Source of the DNA: Oscillatoria sp. FACHB-1406
Lineage (GTDB): Bacteria > Cyanobacteriota > Cyanobacteriia > Cyanobacteriales > Spirulinaceae
DNA: 64,000 nt
Direction of reading: 5' to 3'
Assembly: GCF_014698145.1 (NCBI RefSeq)
Contig: NZ_JACJSM010000001.1
Span: forward strand, 216,633 to 280,632
Positions 31,656 through 42,576 of the stretch are shown piece after piece (position 1 is the first letter of the stretch; the number at the start of each line of letters is the position of its first letter). The notes under the pieces were generated by a model that was not told the DNA's origin, did not search any database, and saw only the letters and a program-made list of their open reading frames with translations. A program made the position numbers and the translations under genes.

Positions 31656-31704
31656 TTGAATTCGTGAGATGAAATGAGGGTCAAGTCGCGTTGCCCCAAT
31701 TCTT

Positions 31705-31736
31705 AATTACGAATTACGAATTACGAATTACGAATT
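31705..31736. repeat. heptamer array (AATTACG x~5), reverse complement of the CGTAATT family
   Basis: Read directly. Same family as 9550 and 12977 but in inverted orientation. Confidence 0.85.
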
Positions 31737-31741
31737 ATTTC

Positions 31742-32293
31742 TCATTCTTCATCGAAGTCGGCGCGAATTAATTCTACGGCATCGCGTCCGTCGCTTTCTT
31801 GCAAGTATACCTTCACTTTTTCTTCGGCTGCTGTTGGCAGTTGTTTGCCGATAAAATCGGGGTGAATGGGCAGTTGGCGATGGCCGCGATCGATTAAAAC
31901 AGTCAAACCGATAATTTCGGGTCGTCCGTATTCTAAAACGGCATTGAGGGCGGCTCTAGCAGTGCGTCCTTTAAAAATAACATCATCGACTAAAATGACA
32001 ACTTTATCGGTCAAGTCGAAGGGAATTTGAGTTTTGGCGGGGGTTCGCATTCCGACGCGATCGAGATCGTCTCGATAAAGGGTAATATCGATCGCGCCAA
32101 CGGGAATTTTAATGCCTTCAAGCAGTTCGATTTGAGCCGCGATCGCGCGAGCGAGGGGAACGCCGCGCGTATGAATACCGAGCAAAACCAACTTAGTCGG
32201 CTCGTCGAATTTTTCCACAACTTGCGACGCAATCCGATTCAAGGTTCTGCGAATTTCTTCAGCCGAGAGAATTTCAATAATTTTAGCTGGCAT
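31742..32293 (-). CDS. pyrR: bifunctional pyr operon regulator / uracil phosphoribosyltransferase PyrR
   Basis: [24 protein letters not shown]...; PRPP-binding [19 protein letters not shown]. Start taken at the internal ATG (32293) rather than the track's 32353. Confidence 0.85.
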   Translation of the reverse strand: MPAKIIEILSAEEIRRTLNRIASQVVEKFDEPTKLVLLGIHTRGVPLARAIAAQIELLEGIKIPVGAIDITLYRDDLDRVGMRTPAKTQIPFDLTDKVVILVDDVIFKGRTARAALNAVLEYGRPEIIGLTVLIDRGHRQLPIHPDFIGKQLPTAAEEKVKVYLQESDGRDAVELIRADFDEE

Positions 32294-32357
32294 TTTTTGT
32301 ATTAAACAAAGATTGGATATTTGCCCGATCGCGAATTCCCAAATTTTAAACAAGTGA

Positions 32358-33428
32358 TTAAGAAGGTTTTTGACCGTTGTTTTTAAAAAATTCTGCTCGC
32401 AACTCTTCTAATTCTAGATCGATCGCGTTAGCTGTGGTAATTGTAGGAGGCGGCGAAGGCGGAGAAGACTTTGGAGGTTTCGGCTGCACGAATTGACTGC
32501 GAATTCGCTCGATCTCAAAATCTAAGTTGCTCGTACCGTCTGGCAATTGATAAGGCTTTTGGACATCGCTGAGAACATCTCTCGCCGATTGATAGCGCTG
32601 ACTCGGAATAGGGTGTAACATTTTATCGAGGACTCTAGCGAGAGGCTCGCTAACGGGGTTGGGAAGCTGACCGTGCCAAGTCCAAACGCCTTCGTAAGAG
32701 TCGAAGAGATTGCTAGGAGCGATACCTGTGAGTAAGTGAATGCAAGTTACGCCGAGACTGTAAAGATCGCTTGCATAAGTCGCGCGTCCGAGGGCTTGTT
32801 CTGGCGGGATGTAGCCCATCGAACCAATCGCAGTTCCCGTTTGCATCGAACCGTCCGCATCTACACCCTTTGCTGCCCCAAAATCAACCAGGAACAGTCG
32901 TTCGTCGCTACGTCGGAGAATAATATTAGCTGGTTTAATATCGCGGTGAACGACTTGATGTTGGTGGACGAACTCGAGGACGGGCAATAAATCTTTGAGT
33001 AGGGCGCGAATTTGCGTTTCGCTAAAGGAACCGTTAGCGGCTAATTCTTGGGCGAGATCGTCTCCTTCAATAAATTCTTGCACTAAATATTGGCGATCGC
33101 CCTGAAAAAAATACGCCATCAGATCGGGGATTTGCTCGTGTCTGCCTAAAATATCGAGTTGGACTGCCTCTCGCTCGAACATTTGCGCCGCTTTTTCCAG
33201 CGATTGCTGCTTCTGGACTTGCGGTAACAATTGTTTGATAACGCAGTAGGGTTTAGAAGGTTTATCTTCATCAACCGCGAGGAAGGTTCGCCCAAATCCC
33301 CCTTGTCCGATGGGGCGCAGCGCGCGATATCGTTCTTTCAGGCGCAAAGGACTGCCGCAGGCATGACAAAATTGACTGGGAGAGGGGTTGTGAGGATGAG
33401 AGCAATTGGGATTGAGACAGTAGCTCAT
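32358..33428 (-). CDS. Ser/Thr protein kinase with N-terminal zinc ribbon
   Basis: N-terminus [17 protein letters not shown]. Kinase motifs [14 protein letters not shown] and APE-like PPE. Pro-rich C-terminus. Confidence 0.85.
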   Translation of the reverse strand: MSYCLNPNCSHPHNPSPSQFCHACGSPLRLKERYRALRPIGQGGFGRTFLAVDEDKPSKPYCVIKQLLPQVQKQQSLEKAAQMFEREAVQLDILGRHEQIPDLMAYFFQGDRQYLVQEFIEGDDLAQELAANGSFSETQIRALLKDLLPVLEFVHQHQVVHRDIKPANIILRRSDERLFLVDFGAAKGVDADGSMQTGTAIGSMGYIPPEQALGRATYASDLYSLGVTCIHLLTGIAPSNLFDSYEGVWTWHGQLPNPVSEPLARVLDKMLHPIPSQRYQSARDVLSDVQKPYQLPDGTSNLDFEIERIRSQFVQPKPPKSSPPSPPPTITTANAIDLELEELRAEFFKNNGQKPS

Positions 33429-33642
33429 CGTAGTGGCTTTACTGGCGTGCTTTCTTCTATTATCGTGCTAGCCGCGAGTTTTGCTCTCTACCCTCTTTAA
33501 TAGTCTGTCGTTTTATTCTGATAGCGCGATTAAGAGGCAGTACGGCGCGCGCCTAACGCACTGACTCTCGCTCAACAGATAACCGCTCAACAGTGGGCGT
33601 GGACTGGGATTGCGTTATATGACGGTTAACCTTGCAATCTCT

Positions 33643-33933
33643 TCAAGTCGTAAATACAACTTCGTGCAAACTCTTCTGATACTCGTTTTCTGCCAGATCG
33701 AGCATTTCACCAAAGAGGGGTGAAAAGGGTCGATTCGTATCCATTGCTGTATAGGCTTCCAGCGATCGCCAATGCCCAAAATTAATACAACGCCAACCGT
33801 CTAAGCTGCGATGTGCATGAGTCGAAATCAACCCTGATTGTCCTGAAACCATAACTAGCGCCTCACGAAATAACTCAATGAATCGAGCTTGATTTTCGGG
33901 CTGCTTCATCTTAAAAATGCCCAAGTTGAGCAA
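33643..33933 (-). CDS. small protein, possibly ABM/Dabb-like fold
   Basis: 96-aa ORF with an alternative start ~33909 (MKQPEN). Weak resemblance to antibiotic biosynthesis monooxygenase-like proteins. Confidence 0.35.
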   Translation of the reverse strand: MLNLGIFKMKQPENQARFIELFREALVMVSGQSGLISTHAHRSLDGWRCINFGHWRSLEAYTAMDTNRPFSPLFGEMLDLAENEYQKSLHEVVFTT

Positions 33934-34031
33934 TCCATTGAGTATAGCTTGTTACTCTTAATCCATCGCGACTGCGAAGCACTGTACCCGACACAAACCC
34001 TGTCTTGTGCTTAAGAACAGATTCAATGTTC

Positions 34032-34062
34032 CGTAGGGGCGAATGGTATTCGCCCGCTGGGT
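34032..34062. repeat. dispersed palindromic element, family A (GTAGGGGCGAATGGTATTCGCCCGCTGGGTG)
   Basis: Identical 35-mer tccgtaggggcgaatggtattcgcccgctgggtgt at 63222-63256. A variant forms the clpB terminator at 63035. Confidence 0.85.
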
Positions 34063-34303
34063 GTGCCTCATCCCTGTGAAAACTGCTATATCTTTTGTCT
34101 GAAATATTATTCTTACCAAGCAGAAAAAGGAGTAGTTGCAGTAAACGGGGTGCGTTACACTTCGCGTCCCGCAGCGTCTCCTTATATCTGCACCGCTACG
34201 CAGATATACACACCCTCGCGCCTCACAAGTTCCTCAAATTCTTCAGCTATAACCAAAGGTGAGATCGAAATAACCCCTCTAACCCAGGTTAAACGTAGGC
34301 GCA

Positions 34304-35068
34304 ATGCAAGTCTCAACAACCCCTCTTCCGCATCCTACTGCCGTTCGCGGCTATATCCACTCTTTTGAAAGCTGCGGTACTGTCGATGGCCCGGGCATTC
34401 GCTTTGTCATCTTTACCGCTGGTTGTCCCCTGCGATGTCTTTATTGCGCCAATCCCGACAGTCGTTACATGAAAAACGGCAAGGTGATGTCGGTGGACGA
34501 GTTAATTCCGGAGATTCAGAAATACACGACTTACATGAGAACCTCTGGGGGCGGCGTTACCGTCAGCGGTGGCGAACCACTCTATCAACCCCATTTTGTC
34601 GCAGAAATCTTTAGGCGCTGCAAGGCGTTGGGGATTCATACCGCCCTCGATACTTCCGGACATTGCGAGTTGCATTTAGCGAAAGCGGTTCTCGAGTATA
34701 CCGATCTCGTCCTCCTCGATATTAAATCTTTCGATCGCGCCCTGTTTGAGAAAGTGACGAGCGTTAATCTCGAACCCACCCTAGAAATGGCGCGTTACCT
34801 CGATGAAATCGGCAAACCGACTTGGATTCGCTTTGTTCTCGTTCCCGGTTTAACCGACGCTGCGGACAATGTTTGCGGGTTAGCCGATTTTGTGGCGACG
34901 CTGAACAATGTAGAAAAAGTGGAAGTTTTACCGTTCCATAAAATGGGCGAGTATAAGTGGGAACAGTTAGGTTATGACTACCAACTCCAGCAAGTCGAAC
35001 CGCCGACGCGATCGCAAATTGAAGTCGTTCTCGATATTTTCCACAGTCGAGGCATTAACGCAGTTTAA
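34304..35068 (+). CDS. pflA: pyruvate formate-lyase activating enzyme (radical SAM)
   Basis: 254 aa. Radical SAM motif CPLRCLYCAN and the preceding G-rich DGPGIRFVIF. Confidence 0.85.
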   Translation: MQVSTTPLPHPTAVRGYIHSFESCGTVDGPGIRFVIFTAGCPLRCLYCANPDSRYMKNGKVMSVDELIPEIQKYTTYMRTSGGGVTVSGGEPLYQPHFVAEIFRRCKALGIHTALDTSGHCELHLAKAVLEYTDLVLLDIKSFDRALFEKVTSVNLEPTLEMARYLDEIGKPTWIRFVLVPGLTDAADNVCGLADFVATLNNVEKVEVLPFHKMGEYKWEQLGYDYQLQQVEPPTRSQIEVVLDIFHSRGINAV

Positions 35069-35134
35069 ATGAATGATGAATAATGATTTGCTGCAATCGG
35101 AACGCAACACTTTCCTCAAAATCTTGGAGCAATT

Positions 35135-37819
35135 ATGAGCATTACCAATCGTCAAGAACTCGAACTCTTAATTCAATCGGTTAAAGCCGCTCAAGAGCAG
35201 TACGCAACCTTTTCTCAAGCGCAAGTCGATCGCATCTTCAAACAAGCCTCGCTCGCGGCCAACGCCGCCCGCATTCCCCTTGCAAAGCTAGCCGTACAAG
35301 AAACGGGGATGGGAATCGTCGAAGATAAAGTCATCAAAAATCACTTTGCTTCGGAATATATTTACAACAAGTACAAACAGGAGAAAACTTGCGGTGCGAT
35401 CGAAGAAGATAAATCCTTCGGCATTCAAAAGATCGCCGAACCCGTGGGAATTATCGCCGGGATTATTCCCGTGACTAATCCAACCTCGACCACCTTTTTT
35501 AAAGCTTTAATTGCCCTAAAAACGCGCAATGCAATCATCTTTTCGCCCCACCCCCGCGCTAAAAAATGCACGGCAGAAGCAGCCAAAGTGGTTTTAGAAG
35601 CAGCCGTTGCAGCGGGCGCGCCCGAAGGTTTAATCGGTTGGATTGACGAACCGACAGTAGAGTTATCGCAAGCATTAATGCAGCATCCCGATATTAAGTT
35701 AATTCTGGCAACGGGCGGCCCTGCAATGGTGAAAGCTGCCTATTCTTCGGGACATCCTTCTTTAGGTGTGGGGGCTGGAAATACGCCTGCTGTTATTGAT
35801 GAAAGTGCCGACATTCAAACGGCGGTTAGCTCGATTTTGTTGAGCAAAACGTTTGATAATGGCATGATTTGTGCATCGGAACAATCGGTTATTGTTTTAG
35901 ATGCAGTGTACGATCGCGTCAAACAAGAATTCCAGGATCGCGGGGCTTATTTCCTTTCCCCCGAACAGAAGCAACAAGTAAGCTGCATTCTGCTTAAGGA
36001 TGGTCATCTCAACCCGGCAATTGTCGGGCAATCGGTGGGACAAATCGCCGAACTTGCAGGCATTGGTTTAGTCTGTCTCGAAGATGTTACCAAGCCGCGC
36101 CAGCGAACGGAAACGCACAATCCCCTTCCTTGTACGCTGCCGAAAGTTTTAATTGGCGAAGTGGAAGAAATCGGTACGAGCGAACCATTTTCCTACGAAA
36201 AATTATCGCCGGTTCTGGCAATGTACCGCGCTAGCGATTTCCAAGATGCGGTCGCGAAAGCGAAAAAATTAGTCGAATTCGGCGGACAAGGACATACATC
36301 GGTATTGTATATTAACCCCGCCTATAAATCGGGAATTGCTGAATTTGAAAACGCGATGACGACTTCGCGAGTTCTCATTAATACGCCTTCTTCTCAAGGC
36401 GCGATCGGAGATTTGTACAACTTTAAACTCGATCCTTCCTTAACCCTCGGTTGCGGGACTTGGGGCGGCAATACGATTTCAGAAAACGTTACGCCGCACC
36501 ATTTACTGAACGTGAAAACCGTTTCGGAACGGCGGGAAAATATGCTCTGGTTCCGCATTCCGCCCAAGATTTATTTTAAATATGGGTGTTTGCCGGTAGC
36601 GTTGAAGGATTTAGCCGGAAAACAACGGGCTTTTATCGTTACAGATCGTCCTTTATTTCAAATGGGCGTAGTCGATAAAATTACCGTCGTTTTGGATGAA
36701 ATGGGGATCGACTACGACGTATTCCATGAAGTCGAACCCGATCCGACTTTAACGAATGTTAATAAGGGCTTAGAATTACTGCGGAATTATCAACCCGATG
36801 TCATCATTGCCATTGGCGGCGGTTCGCCGATGGATGCAGCGAAGGTGATGTGGTTGATGTACGAACATCCAGAGGTGGAATTTGAAGGTTTGGCGACGCG
36901 ATTTATGGATATTCGCAAGCGGGTTTACGAACTGCCAACCCTCGGACAAAAAGCGATGGTGGTGGCAATTCCGACGACTTCGGGAACGGGTTCGGAAGTT
37001 ACGCCCTTTGCCGTGATTACCGACGATCGCGCCGGGATTAAATACCCCTTAGCCGATTATGCCCTAACGCCGCACATGGCGATCGTCGATCCGGAATTAG
37101 TGCTGCATATGCCGAAAAAATTAACCGCTTACGGCGGAATCGATGCGCTGACGCACGCGCTGGAATCCTACGTTTCGGTACTGGCGACGGAATTTACTGA
37201 AGGGTTGGCGTTGGAAGCGATCGCGCTGCTCTTTAAATACCTCCCGCGATCGTACCAGAACGGGGCTAGCGATCCCGAAGCGCGGGAAAAAGTTCACTAC
37301 GCTGCCACGATTGCAGGGATGGCGTTTGCGAATGCGTTTTTGGGGGTTTGTCACTCGATGGCGCACAAACTCGGTTCTACTTTCCACGTTCCCCACGGGT
37401 TAGCGAATGCGCTGATGATTTCCCACGTCATCCGCTACAATGCAACGGATATTCCGTTTAAACAAGCGATTTTTCCGCAATATAAATACCCGCACGCAAA
37501 GGAACGCTATGCAAAAATTGCTGACTACTTGCAATTAGGCGGCGATACGCCCGATGAAAAAGTCGAACGGTTAGTCGATGCAATTGAGGAGTTAAAACAT
37601 CAACTCGATATTCCCAATACGGTGAAAGAAACTTTGTCTGAAGACGAGCAAGATTTTTACAACAAAGTAGAAGGAATGGCAGAGCAAGCGTTCGACGATC
37701 AATGCACGGGTGCAAATCCTCGCTATCCTTTAATTCAGGATTTGAAGGAACTGTATACCCTCGCTTATTTGGGATGCCGTACAGATGCCGTATTGTATCA
37801 TGAACCGGCGAATATCTAA
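35135..37819 (+). CDS. adhE: bifunctional acetaldehyde-CoA / alcohol dehydrogenase
   Basis: 894 aa. N-terminal aldehyde dehydrogenase domain and C-terminal Fe-ADH domain (GGGSPMDAAK). Confidence 0.9.
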   Translation: MSITNRQELELLIQSVKAAQEQYATFSQAQVDRIFKQASLAANAARIPLAKLAVQETGMGIVEDKVIKNHFASEYIYNKYKQEKTCGAIEEDKSFGIQKIAEPVGIIAGIIPVTNPTSTTFFKALIALKTRNAIIFSPHPRAKKCTAEAAKVVLEAAVAAGAPEGLIGWIDEPTVELSQALMQHPDIKLILATGGPAMVKAAYSSGHPSLGVGAGNTPAVIDESADIQTAVSSILLSKTFDNGMICASEQSVIVLDAVYDRVKQEFQDRGAYFLSPEQKQQVSCILLKDGHLNPAIVGQSVGQIAELAGIGLVCLEDVTKPRQRTETHNPLPCTLPKVLIGEVEEIGTSEPFSYEKLSPVLAMYRASDFQDAVAKAKKLVEFGGQGHTSVLYINPAYKSGIAEFENAMTTSRVLINTPSSQGAIGDLYNFKLDPSLTLGCGTWGGNTISENVTPHHLLNVKTVSERRENMLWFRIPPKIYFKYGCLPVALKDLAGKQRAFIVTDRPLFQMGVVDKITVVLDEMGIDYDVFHEVEPDPTLTNVNKGLELLRNYQPDVIIAIGGGSPMDAAKVMWLMYEHPEVEFEGLATRFMDIRKRVYELPTLGQKAMVVAIPTTSGTGSEVTPFAVITDDRAGIKYPLADYALTPHMAIVDPELVLHMPKKLTAYGGIDALTHALESYVSVLATEFTEGLALEAIALLFKYLPRSYQNGASDPEAREKVHYAATIAGMAFANAFLGVCHSMAHKLGSTFHVPHGLANALMISHVIRYNATDIPFKQAIFPQYKYPHAKERYAKIADYLQLGGDTPDEKVERLVDAIEELKHQLDIPNTVKETLSEDEQDFYNKVEGMAEQAFDDQCTGANPRYPLIQDLKELYTLAYLGCRTDAVLYHEPANI

Positions 37820-37847
37820 ATCGTGAATCGTTAGATTAATGGCGATT

Positions 37848-37878
37848 GTAGGGTGCGTTACGCTACGCTAACGCACCG
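37848..37878. repeat. dispersed palindromic element, family C (GGTGCGTTACGCT-ACGCTAACGCACC)
   Basis: Inverted copy at 43742-43770. Degenerate copies at ~34147-34170 and ~49628-49645. Confidence 0.7.
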
Positions 37879-38153
37879 TTAAAAGGAGGGCAGGCAAGGC
37901 AGTTATTATCTTTGTTGAGAGATTAATCTCAACACCTTGCGTCTCTACACTGGATTGGTAAGCATTGCTAAATTTAGCATAGCATACTACCTAGCTAAGG
38001 CAACTAACGTTCCGACTGAGTTATACTAATAAAATGCTACGCAGAACTTCACACAAACTTGATTCAGCAAGGCTAAAAATTGTTTATTTTTTTACTAGAG
38101 GTCATAGAGTCAACTGTCCGCATTCCAAACTTAGCAAGTATTAATGATATGAT

Positions 38154-38717
38154 ATGAAAATTTTCAATTTGACTCCAAGAGAACGAAGAAGATTAATAGG
38201 GAGAATTAGTCAGGCATCAGGGATTGCACGGTATGCGTTGGAAGCGAAGATGAGTGACGAACAAATCATTAAAGCTGCTGAAAATCTAAATACCTTAGCG
38301 CTCATTAAATCAGCTAATACTTATAATCGTTATTGTCAATCTCAAAAAACGGCTGAAGCGAATGAAAAGCTAAAGCAGTTCATTGATGTCAAAAATTCCG
38401 AGATTTATAAAGCGGGGCAGTGGTTGTTGAATTGCTTGTCTCGGACAGGACAAGATAGGAAAGAAAGTTTAATCAAAAAAAAATTAGTTCATAAAGAAGA
38501 TTACAATGAAGCTGTGGTTGACTTAACAGATACAGTCTCCGAACAAAAAGTGAAAGCTCAACAGCAAACGCTTATAGCCCAGAGAACAATAGAGGATATC
38601 CAACAGACTAATGACTCATTGCGAAAACAATTGGCTTTTATCCAAGAATATATAGAAAACAACTACAGTCACAAAGACTGGAAAGATGTAAAAAAGTATC
38701 TCCAAAAAAATATTTAA
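38154..38717 (+). CDS. hypothetical coiled-coil protein, AT-rich cassette gene 1
   Basis: 187 aa, Lys/Glu-rich. Codon usage dominated by AAA/AAT/GAA, unlike its neighbours. Confidence 0.6.
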   Translation: MKIFNLTPRERRRLIGRISQASGIARYALEAKMSDEQIIKAAENLNTLALIKSANTYNRYCQSQKTAEANEKLKQFIDVKNSEIYKAGQWLLNCLSRTGQDRKESLIKKKLVHKEDYNEAVVDLTDTVSEQKVKAQQQTLIAQRTIEDIQQTNDSLRKQLAFIQEYIENNYSHKDWKDVKKYLQKNI

Positions 38718-38718
38718 A

Positions 38719-39084
38719 GTGATGGCTCGAGTGAAGACTATCGAAGGGCTAAGTTATAGAGATTGGCAAAAGAGAAATAAACAATATTTTGATGCTTTAA
38801 GTAAAGAGCAGCAAAAAGATGCGAGAAGGCAAGGATATAATAATCGCGGATGGAAACAAATTAAGCGCGCTTGGAGGATCGTTCGTAAATTTAATCAAAA
38901 TGTAAAAAGTTTATTTGAATACAAGCTCGATAGGGGAGATTTAGTCGGTGCGATAGATATATCCCTCCTGGAAGCAGAGCGAGCAAAAGCAGTAGCGAAA
39001 ACTACGCTAAAAGAGCTTGAGAAACGACAAAAAGAATTAGACCAAATTGCAGACAGAGCCTTAAAAAAATATGTACCCCTTTAA
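38719..39084 (+). CDS. hypothetical basic protein, AT-rich cassette gene 2
   Basis: 121 aa. Starts 2 nt after the gene 1 stop. Basic and helical. Confidence 0.55.
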   Translation: MMARVKTIEGLSYRDWQKRNKQYFDALSKEQQKDARRQGYNNRGWKQIKRAWRIVRKFNQNVKSLFEYKLDRGDLVGAIDISLLEAERAKAVAKTTLKELEKRQKELDQIADRALKKYVPL

Positions 39085-39090
39085 AAAGTC

Positions 39091-39591
39091 ATGAGTGAAG
39101 TTGTTAAAAAATCAAGCCTGAAAACTTTATATCGTGCCAGCGATATTAATCGAGTTTGGCAAGCCAGCCAAAATGTACAGGCGATCGAGCATCCCGAACG
39201 CGGTTTCATTAGTCCAAACGAGTATCGTGCATTGTATAAAGGTAAGCCCTGCCCTTATTGTGGTCAGAAGATGGTGCATAGTCAACAACTTTATAGCACC
39301 ACTTCAAAGCAAGAAGCGATCGATCGAGGCTATGAATATACTGATAAGCTTGCTGGCAAGGTGATTAACCAAGCAGGCAATACTTTTTTTCATCCTCACT
39401 ATGTGACGTTAGACCACAAAATTAATAAAGCTCGTTGTCCGGAAAAAATGTTTGAGTTTAGCAATTTAGAGGTTATCTGTTGGCGCTGCAATCAGAATAA
39501 GGGTGATAATAATACTTTTGAGTTGCAACATAATTTGGATTATTTAAATGCTTTAGCGGATGAGGCGCTAACACGCTATCCGCTTCTTTAA
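39091..39591 (+). CDS. HNH endonuclease, AT-rich cassette gene 3
   Basis: 166 aa. CPYCGQ...HPHYVTLDHKINKARCP...NLEVICWRCNQNKGD reads as an HNH motif (C-x2-C ... DH ... N ... C-x2-C-N). Starts 6 nt after the gene 2 stop. Confidence 0.7.
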   Translation: MSEVVKKSSLKTLYRASDINRVWQASQNVQAIEHPERGFISPNEYRALYKGKPCPYCGQKMVHSQQLYSTTSKQEAIDRGYEYTDKLAGKVINQAGNTFFHPHYVTLDHKINKARCPEKMFEFSNLEVICWRCNQNKGDNNTFELQHNLDYLNALADEALTRYPLL

Positions 39592-39676
39592 AGTCTTACA
39601 CGGGTAAATTCGGTTGAAATGACGAACAACTTAACGTCTTCAGAAAGTTTGCACCGACTACACTGATTTAAAGATT

Positions 39677-42484
39677 ATGCAATCTCTGACATCCTCTGTT
39701 TCTGACCCTGCATCCGACCTTTTACGCTCCGAACATCGCCCGCTGGATGCCATTTTTGCGCCCAAATCCGTCGCCGTTATCGGTGCGACGGAGCGCCAGG
39801 GCAGCGTCGGACGTATTGTATTATGGAACCTGATTTCCAATTCCTTCGGCGGGACGGTGTATCCCGTCAATCCCAAACGGCATAGCGTACTGGGGATCAA
39901 GGCTTATCCCAGCATTGCCGAGATTCCCGAACAAGTCGATCTCGTCGCGATCGCGATCCCGGCTGCCTCAGTCCCCGGTACAATTCAAGAATGCGTCGAT
40001 GCAGGCGTAAAAGGCGCGATCGTCCTCTCGGCAGGATTCAAAGAAATCGGCCTCCAAGGAGTCGAACTCGAGCGGCAAATCAAAGAACAACTCAGCCGCA
40101 GTTCGATGCGCTTAATCGGCCCTAATTGTCTGGGAGTTATTAACCCGATCGCGGGCTTAAATGCTACCTTTGCCAACGCCATGCCCGCTCCCGGTAATGT
40201 CGGCTTTATCAGTCAAAGCGGCGCGCTTTGTTCGGCTATTTTAGACTGGAGTTTCCGCGAAAATGTCGGCTTTAGCTCCTTCATTTCCATCGGTTCGATG
40301 CTCGATGTCAATTGGGGCGACTTGATTTATTACCTGGGGGACGATCCCAATACCCATAGCATTGTCATTTACATGGAATCGATTGGCGATGCGCGTTCCT
40401 TCCTTTCCGCCGCGCGAGAAGTTGCGCTGACTAAGCCCATCGTCGTGCTGAAAACGGGGCGTACCGAAGCGGCGGCCCAGGCGGCAACGTCCCACACCGG
40501 CGCGCTAGCGGGAAGCGATGCGGTACTGGATGCAGCATTTCGTCGCTGCGGCGTGCTGCGCGTCGATACCATTTCCGAACTGTTCGATATTGCCGAAGTG
40601 TTAGCCAAACAGCCGCGCCCGAAAGGCCCGCGCCTGACGATTATTACCAATGCTGGCGGCCCGGGCGTTCTAGCGACCGATGCGTTACTCAAAGATGGCG
40701 GCGAACTAGCGCACCTATCCGAGAAGTCGATCGCGTCCCTCAACGAACAGCTACCGCTGTTTTGGAGCCATCACAACCCCATCGATATCTTAGGCGATGC
40801 CGACCCCGATCGCTACCAAAAAGCCCTGGAAATCGCCGCAAAAGACCCGGAGAGCGACGGTTTGCTGGTCATTCTCACCCCCCAAGCGATGACCGATCCC
40901 ACTCAAACCGCCCAACGCTTGAAAACTTGGGTGGAAAATCAACCGTCGCAGCGCGCCAAAAAACCGATTATCGCCAGTTGGATGGGCGATACGGATATTA
41001 ACGACGGTGAATTGCTGCTCAATCAAGCTAAGATTCCTACCTATCGCTTTCCCGATACGGCGGCGCGCGTGTTTAGCTATCTGTGGAAGTATAGCTACAA
41101 CCTGCGCGGAATTTACGAAACGCCGATCTTAGCAAGCGATAGGGAAGCTGAAATCGGCGATCCCGCAGGGATCCGCGTAGCGGCACGCGCGGTTGTCGAT
41201 ACCATTATCGATCGCGCGCGCCAAGCTGGGCGAACCCTCCTCACTGAAGTCGAATCCAAGCAAATCCTCGCCGCCTACAGCATTCCTGTCGTTCCGACTT
41301 CGCTCGCCGCTAGCGAAGAAGAAGCGGTAAACTGTGCGGAAGTGTTGGGCTATCCCGTCGTTCTCAAGCTCTTTTCCCAAACCATTACCCATAAAACCGA
41401 TGTTGGCGGCGTACAACTCAATTTAGTCGATGCAGAAGCCGTGCGGCGCGCCTACCAAACCATCGAATCCTCTGTCGCCGCCACCGTCGGAACCGAGCAT
41501 TTTTTAGGCGTAACGGTGCAACCAATGGTGAAACTTTCGGGCTATGAATTGATTATCGGCAGCAGTTTGGATCCGCAGTTCGGCTCGGTGCTGCTGTTCG
41601 GTTCTGGGGGACAATTAGTAGAAGTGTTCCAAGATCGCGCGATCGCATTACCGCCCCTCACCTCCACCTTAGCGCGGCGTTTAATGGAACAAACGCATAT
41701 ATACAAAGCGCTGCAAGGAACGCGGGGCAAACCTGCGGTGGATCTCGCCGCCCTCGAACAGTTGCTGGTGCGCTTCAGTCAACTCGTCGCCGAACAACGC
41801 TGGATTAAGGAGATCGACATTAATCCGCTTTTGGCTTCTCCTGTCGATAGCGCCAACCCCAATCCTTCCAGCCTTCTGGCGTTGGATGCTCGCATTGTCC
41901 TGCACGATGCTAGCCTCAGCGAAGATAAACTGCCGAAATTGGCGATTCGTCCTTATCCGGTGCAGTATGTTTCCCAGTGGAAGTTTGACGATGGGATGGA
42001 AGTGACGTTTCGCCCGATTCGTCCTGAAGACGAACCGTTAATCGTTCGCTTTCACGAAACTCTATCCGAGCAAAGCGTTTATCTGCGCTACTTCCATTTG
42101 CTCAAACTCAGTCAGCGCACCGCCCACGAACGCATGACGCGGATTTGCTTCGTCGATTACGATCGCGAAATGGCAATGGTAGTCGATTACAAAAATCCGG
42201 AAACGGGAACCCACGAAATTTTAGCGGCAGGGCGTTTGAGCAAGTTGCACGGCACGCGAGAGGCAGAATTTGCGATGATGGTGAGCGATCGCGTTCAATG
42301 TCGCGGTTTGGGGACGGAGTTATTGCGGCGGCTGCTGGAAATGGGGCGAGACGAGCAACTCGAGCGCGTAACCGCAGAGATTCTCTCGGATAATCTGGGA
42401 ATGCAGCACGTTTGTCGGAAACTCGGTTTTGAAATCTTACCGACGCAGGTTCCCTCCGTGGTGAAGGCCGCGATCGAATTTTAA
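39677..42484 (+). CDS. Pat-like protein: NDP-forming acyl-CoA synthetase domains fused to a C-terminal GNAT acetyltransferase
   Basis: 935 aa. N-terminal CoA-binding region ([14 protein letters not shown]), succinyl-CoA-synthetase-like and ATP-grasp regions, and a C-terminal GNAT ([12 protein letters not shown]). Confidence 0.75.
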   Translation: MQSLTSSVSDPASDLLRSEHRPLDAIFAPKSVAVIGATERQGSVGRIVLWNLISNSFGGTVYPVNPKRHSVLGIKAYPSIAEIPEQVDLVAIAIPAASVPGTIQECVDAGVKGAIVLSAGFKEIGLQGVELERQIKEQLSRSSMRLIGPNCLGVINPIAGLNATFANAMPAPGNVGFISQSGALCSAILDWSFRENVGFSSFISIGSMLDVNWGDLIYYLGDDPNTHSIVIYMESIGDARSFLSAAREVALTKPIVVLKTGRTEAAAQAATSHTGALAGSDAVLDAAFRRCGVLRVDTISELFDIAEVLAKQPRPKGPRLTIITNAGGPGVLATDALLKDGGELAHLSEKSIASLNEQLPLFWSHHNPIDILGDADPDRYQKALEIAAKDPESDGLLVILTPQAMTDPTQTAQRLKTWVENQPSQRAKKPIIASWMGDTDINDGELLLNQAKIPTYRFPDTAARVFSYLWKYSYNLRGIYETPILASDREAEIGDPAGIRVAARAVVDTIIDRARQAGRTLLTEVESKQILAAYSIPVVPTSLAASEEEAVNCAEVLGYPVVLKLFSQTITHKTDVGGVQLNLVDAEAVRRAYQTIESSVAATVGTEHFLGVTVQPMVKLSGYELIIGSSLDPQFGSVLLFGSGGQLVEVFQDRAIALPPLTSTLARRLMEQTHIYKALQGTRGKPAVDLAALEQLLVRFSQLVAEQRWIKEIDINPLLASPVDSANPNPSSLLALDARIVLHDASLSEDKLPKLAIRPYPVQYVSQWKFDDGMEVTFRPIRPEDEPLIVRFHETLSEQSVYLRYFHLLKLSQRTAHERMTRICFVDYDREMAMVVDYKNPETGTHEILAAGRLSKLHGTREAEFAMMVSDRVQCRGLGTELLRRLLEMGRDEQLERVTAEILSDNLGMQHVCRKLGFEILPTQVPSVVKAAIEF

Positions 42485-42576
42485 GCGATCGCGAGTCAAG
42501 TTAGCCCTGGCTTGTTAAGGGGAGCCAAGAACTTACCCTTTCAATAGGCTTATCATTGCCCTAAAAACCCGACCAA

